A DNA stretch of 63,993 nt, filler included, from Catajapyx aquilonaris (taxonomy: Eukaryota), in NCBI GenBank assembly GCA_000934665.2. It is 3 parts of 3 records of this genome, joined end to end, with 100 filler letters (N's around TTAATTAATTAA, not from the genome) between each part and the next. Parts side by side here need not be neighbours in the genome. Positions count along the whole stretch, not along the records: positions 42,783 to 63,993 come from KZ539479.1; 2 more parts are not named here. The stretch is one strand, 5' to 3'. Positions 61,801-63,993 of the stretch are shown here, one piece after another. The notes under the pieces are model-generated. The model saw nothing but the letters and a program-made list of their open reading frames with translations. It ran no database searches and was not told where the DNA came from. Positions within the stretch are counted from its first letter, which is position 1, and each line of letters begins with the position of its first letter. Both the position numbers and the translations under genes were made by a program.

Positions 61801-63086
61801 GGACGAGGACGGCGACGACGCTCGTGACGCGCTGGAAAAGCCAATCACTCATTCAGGACGACCCGGGGGTTGCTTACTGACAATTAGTACCTGCTAGGGG
61901 CAGGGGACGAGGTGAGAAGGGGAGGCGGGGGCGCGGACGAGGCCCGGCTGGAGGCGTCGGCCATCTTTGATTCTTCTTCATCGGCTTCTTCCTCATCTTC
62001 CTCTTCCTCTCCACCATCGCCCTCTTTGCCAGCGTCTTCGTCTGGAACAATCCGCTCTTTCTTTCCTTCCTCGTCATCTTCGGCATCGTCAGGCTGAAAT
62101 TATGACGGGGTCGATAAGTTGCAGATGAGTCCATGAGAATGCGTACTGTCAATTGGGGTGAGATTGTGCCAGCGCGTCTTTTGGACAGTAGTGCTCTGGC
62201 ACAATCTCACTCAATGTAGTAAAACATGCCTAATTTCGCTTGCTACCAGTAGGGTGCACTGCGGTCCAAAAATGCGCTGGCACAATCTCACCCCACCTGG
62301 TCCAATCTCATCCCAATTGACCCCTGCGTTATAGACTTCGCGCAAGTCAAGTGAGGCAGAGGGTTAGCTAGGTGCTCAGGATGAAAGTCGTTTTTCCACC
62401 GTGTCAGCGTTACAATGTGTAATTTAATTACTGCTACGAAAATGGAGAGCATTATAGAGGTGACTTATTTAGTGCTGTTTCTAGGAAAAGCGCTAATTTT
62501 ACTCGGAAAACATGGTCATTAATAATGCATCGTTAATGCTTGTTAGTGTCCTAACAAGGTTGGTACATTAATTTCCTCAGGAGGGATTACAGGGAATTTA
62601 TAATTATTCATGTGATTCACACGTGACGAAGGAATTGACGTGGGTGTAACATATGCCTCAGCCCAAAATTAATGGATTAATGTAATTACTGTTACTAATG
62701 CGACTGACAGGATTAGCGTGGCCTTCTACTTCGGAACACGGTAGTTATGAGGACTAAAAGCTACTGTTGTTTTGTTATATCAAAAGACCATGTTAATAAA
62801 ATTACGGTTTATCAGTGTTAGCAGACATTGTGCCATCAATATTTCATTTCCTAGATAAAACGTGCCAGAATAACTGCGTTTTAATTTTAACATCGCTGAT
62901 TGCAAGACTTGTATAGTGATATTTTTTTAAATGGTTTTCCAGGATATCCTCCACATTTCAATAGTTCAATAGCACACTGACCTTATCCTGATCCTTCTTC
63001 ATCCTTTCCGCTTCCTCTCTCTTCTTCTGGTCTTCCTTGAGTCTCTCCGCCTTCCGCCATTTTGCTCTGCGGTTCTGGAACCACAC
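58888..63086 (-). CDS. DRGX: Dorsal root ganglia homeobox protein (DRGX/Drg11/Prrxl1-like paired-type homeodomain with OAR motif), last four exons; 5' part lies outside the window
   Basis: Exons 63086-62982 (VWFQNRRAKWRKAERLKEDQKKRE, Q50 helix 3), 62093-61891, 61831-61586 and 59353-58888 (LKGFGALCSCCG, cf. DRGX LKGGPLCSCC; OAR motif RSSSVAELRRKAQEHS); all joins in phase. Confidence 0.88.
59420..59646. mobile_element. MITE with ~35-bp TIRs in a DRGX intron
   Basis: AGAGAGCCTCTAGGAAGAGAATCGCCAACTTCTGA / TCAGAAGTTGGCGACTCTCTTCCTAGAGGCTCTCT. Confidence 0.85.
62148..62321. mobile_element. MITE in a DRGX intron; partial second copy at ~63849-63900
   Basis: GTCAATTGGGGTGAGATTG / CAATCTCATCCCAATTGAC termini; repeated GCTGGCACAATCTCAC motif. 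Confidence 0.75.
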
Positions 63087-63993
63087 CTGCAACGAAAGGC
63101 ATTGTTATTCATTTTTTTGTTGTTCATCAAGGGTATAGTAATGAGAGGGATGGGAGGGGGGGGGGGGTACCAGGGGGGTGATCCAATTCACCCCCCTTAG
63201 CAGTAGGAGGGTCCTCCACATAATCGAGTGGGGCCCAATGGACTGCGGCGCCCATCGCATTAGCTGGTGTAATCAGCCTCATAATGGGCCTAACAAGCCA
63301 ACCAAATGACGTCACTTCACCAAGTAGGGGGAGTGGAGGGGGGTGTCGTTGTGAAGGGAAAATGTTGGCAAATCGAGGGGAAACGAGTGATGGGGAATGT
63401 TGTGGAGACTGAAACTTTTATGCTGACGGGTATTGTTCATTACGGGGTCCACAGGTGCGCCAATTTTCTGTGATGGAAATGGCTTGGTCGTGTGCCTGTA
63501 AATAGAGGGGGGATCCTCTCTCTCTCTTTTTTTTTAGCAAAAATGTTCCCCCCCCCCTCCCACACATCCCCTTATGGTGTTATGAAGCGAGAGATGCGAG
63601 GCCGTTGGTGATTGATATAGGGGTGCAGCACTTGACGTTATATCGACAAGGCAAAATATCTATAGCCTTATGCAAGCGGACTATACCTCACCCTGATGGC
63701 ACATAAAACAAAGGGTTTTAAAATGTTAATAATTTTATGTGCCGGTATTAAATATTACTACTTCTATAGCCAGAATACGTAACTTTAGGCCCGGTTGTAA
63801 GTTATATGAACATAACGGCTATTGGTATGTACAAAATGTGATTGTTGACTACCAGTAGGGCGCACTGTTGTCCAAAATTGCGCTGGCACAATCTCACCCC
63901 GTGTAACAGTAAATATTTTCAAAAATTATAAAAAATCATTCTGGCATAACTGTGTTTGAGCCCCATTGTTGTCAGCTGTCATATACCCCCCCC

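Overview
Eukaryotic, almost certainly arthropod, genomic DNA that is intron-rich and dense in transposons. It consists of three assembly pieces joined by identical artificial 100-bp spacers (44N-TTAATTAATTAA-44N at 21292-21391 and 42683-42782), so gene order across these joins is unverified. Piece 1 holds the last two exons of UBE2K (+), a degenerate Utopia/NeSL-type RLE retrotransposon abutting a collapsed Ty3/gypsy pol relic, a DD35E Tc1-like element with ~250-bp TIRs, many MITEs and SINEs, and phase-compatible exons of an unrecognised minus-strand gene with an HMGN-like RKSARLAA motif. Piece 2 holds a complete 8-exon BICRA/GLTSCR1 gene (-) with a 13-unit A-x-L-x-x pentapeptide repeat and a CpG-rich promoter, a tandem mini-Helitron-like array, and two tandem CDC50A/TMEM30A paralogues (-), the upstream one with candidate alternative last exons. 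Piece 3 holds the last three exons of CHTF18 (+) and the last four exons of the paired-type homeobox gene DRGX (-), arranged tail to tail, plus several fold-back elements. All gene models were read by eye from GT-AG sites and reading-frame phase; no database searches were run.
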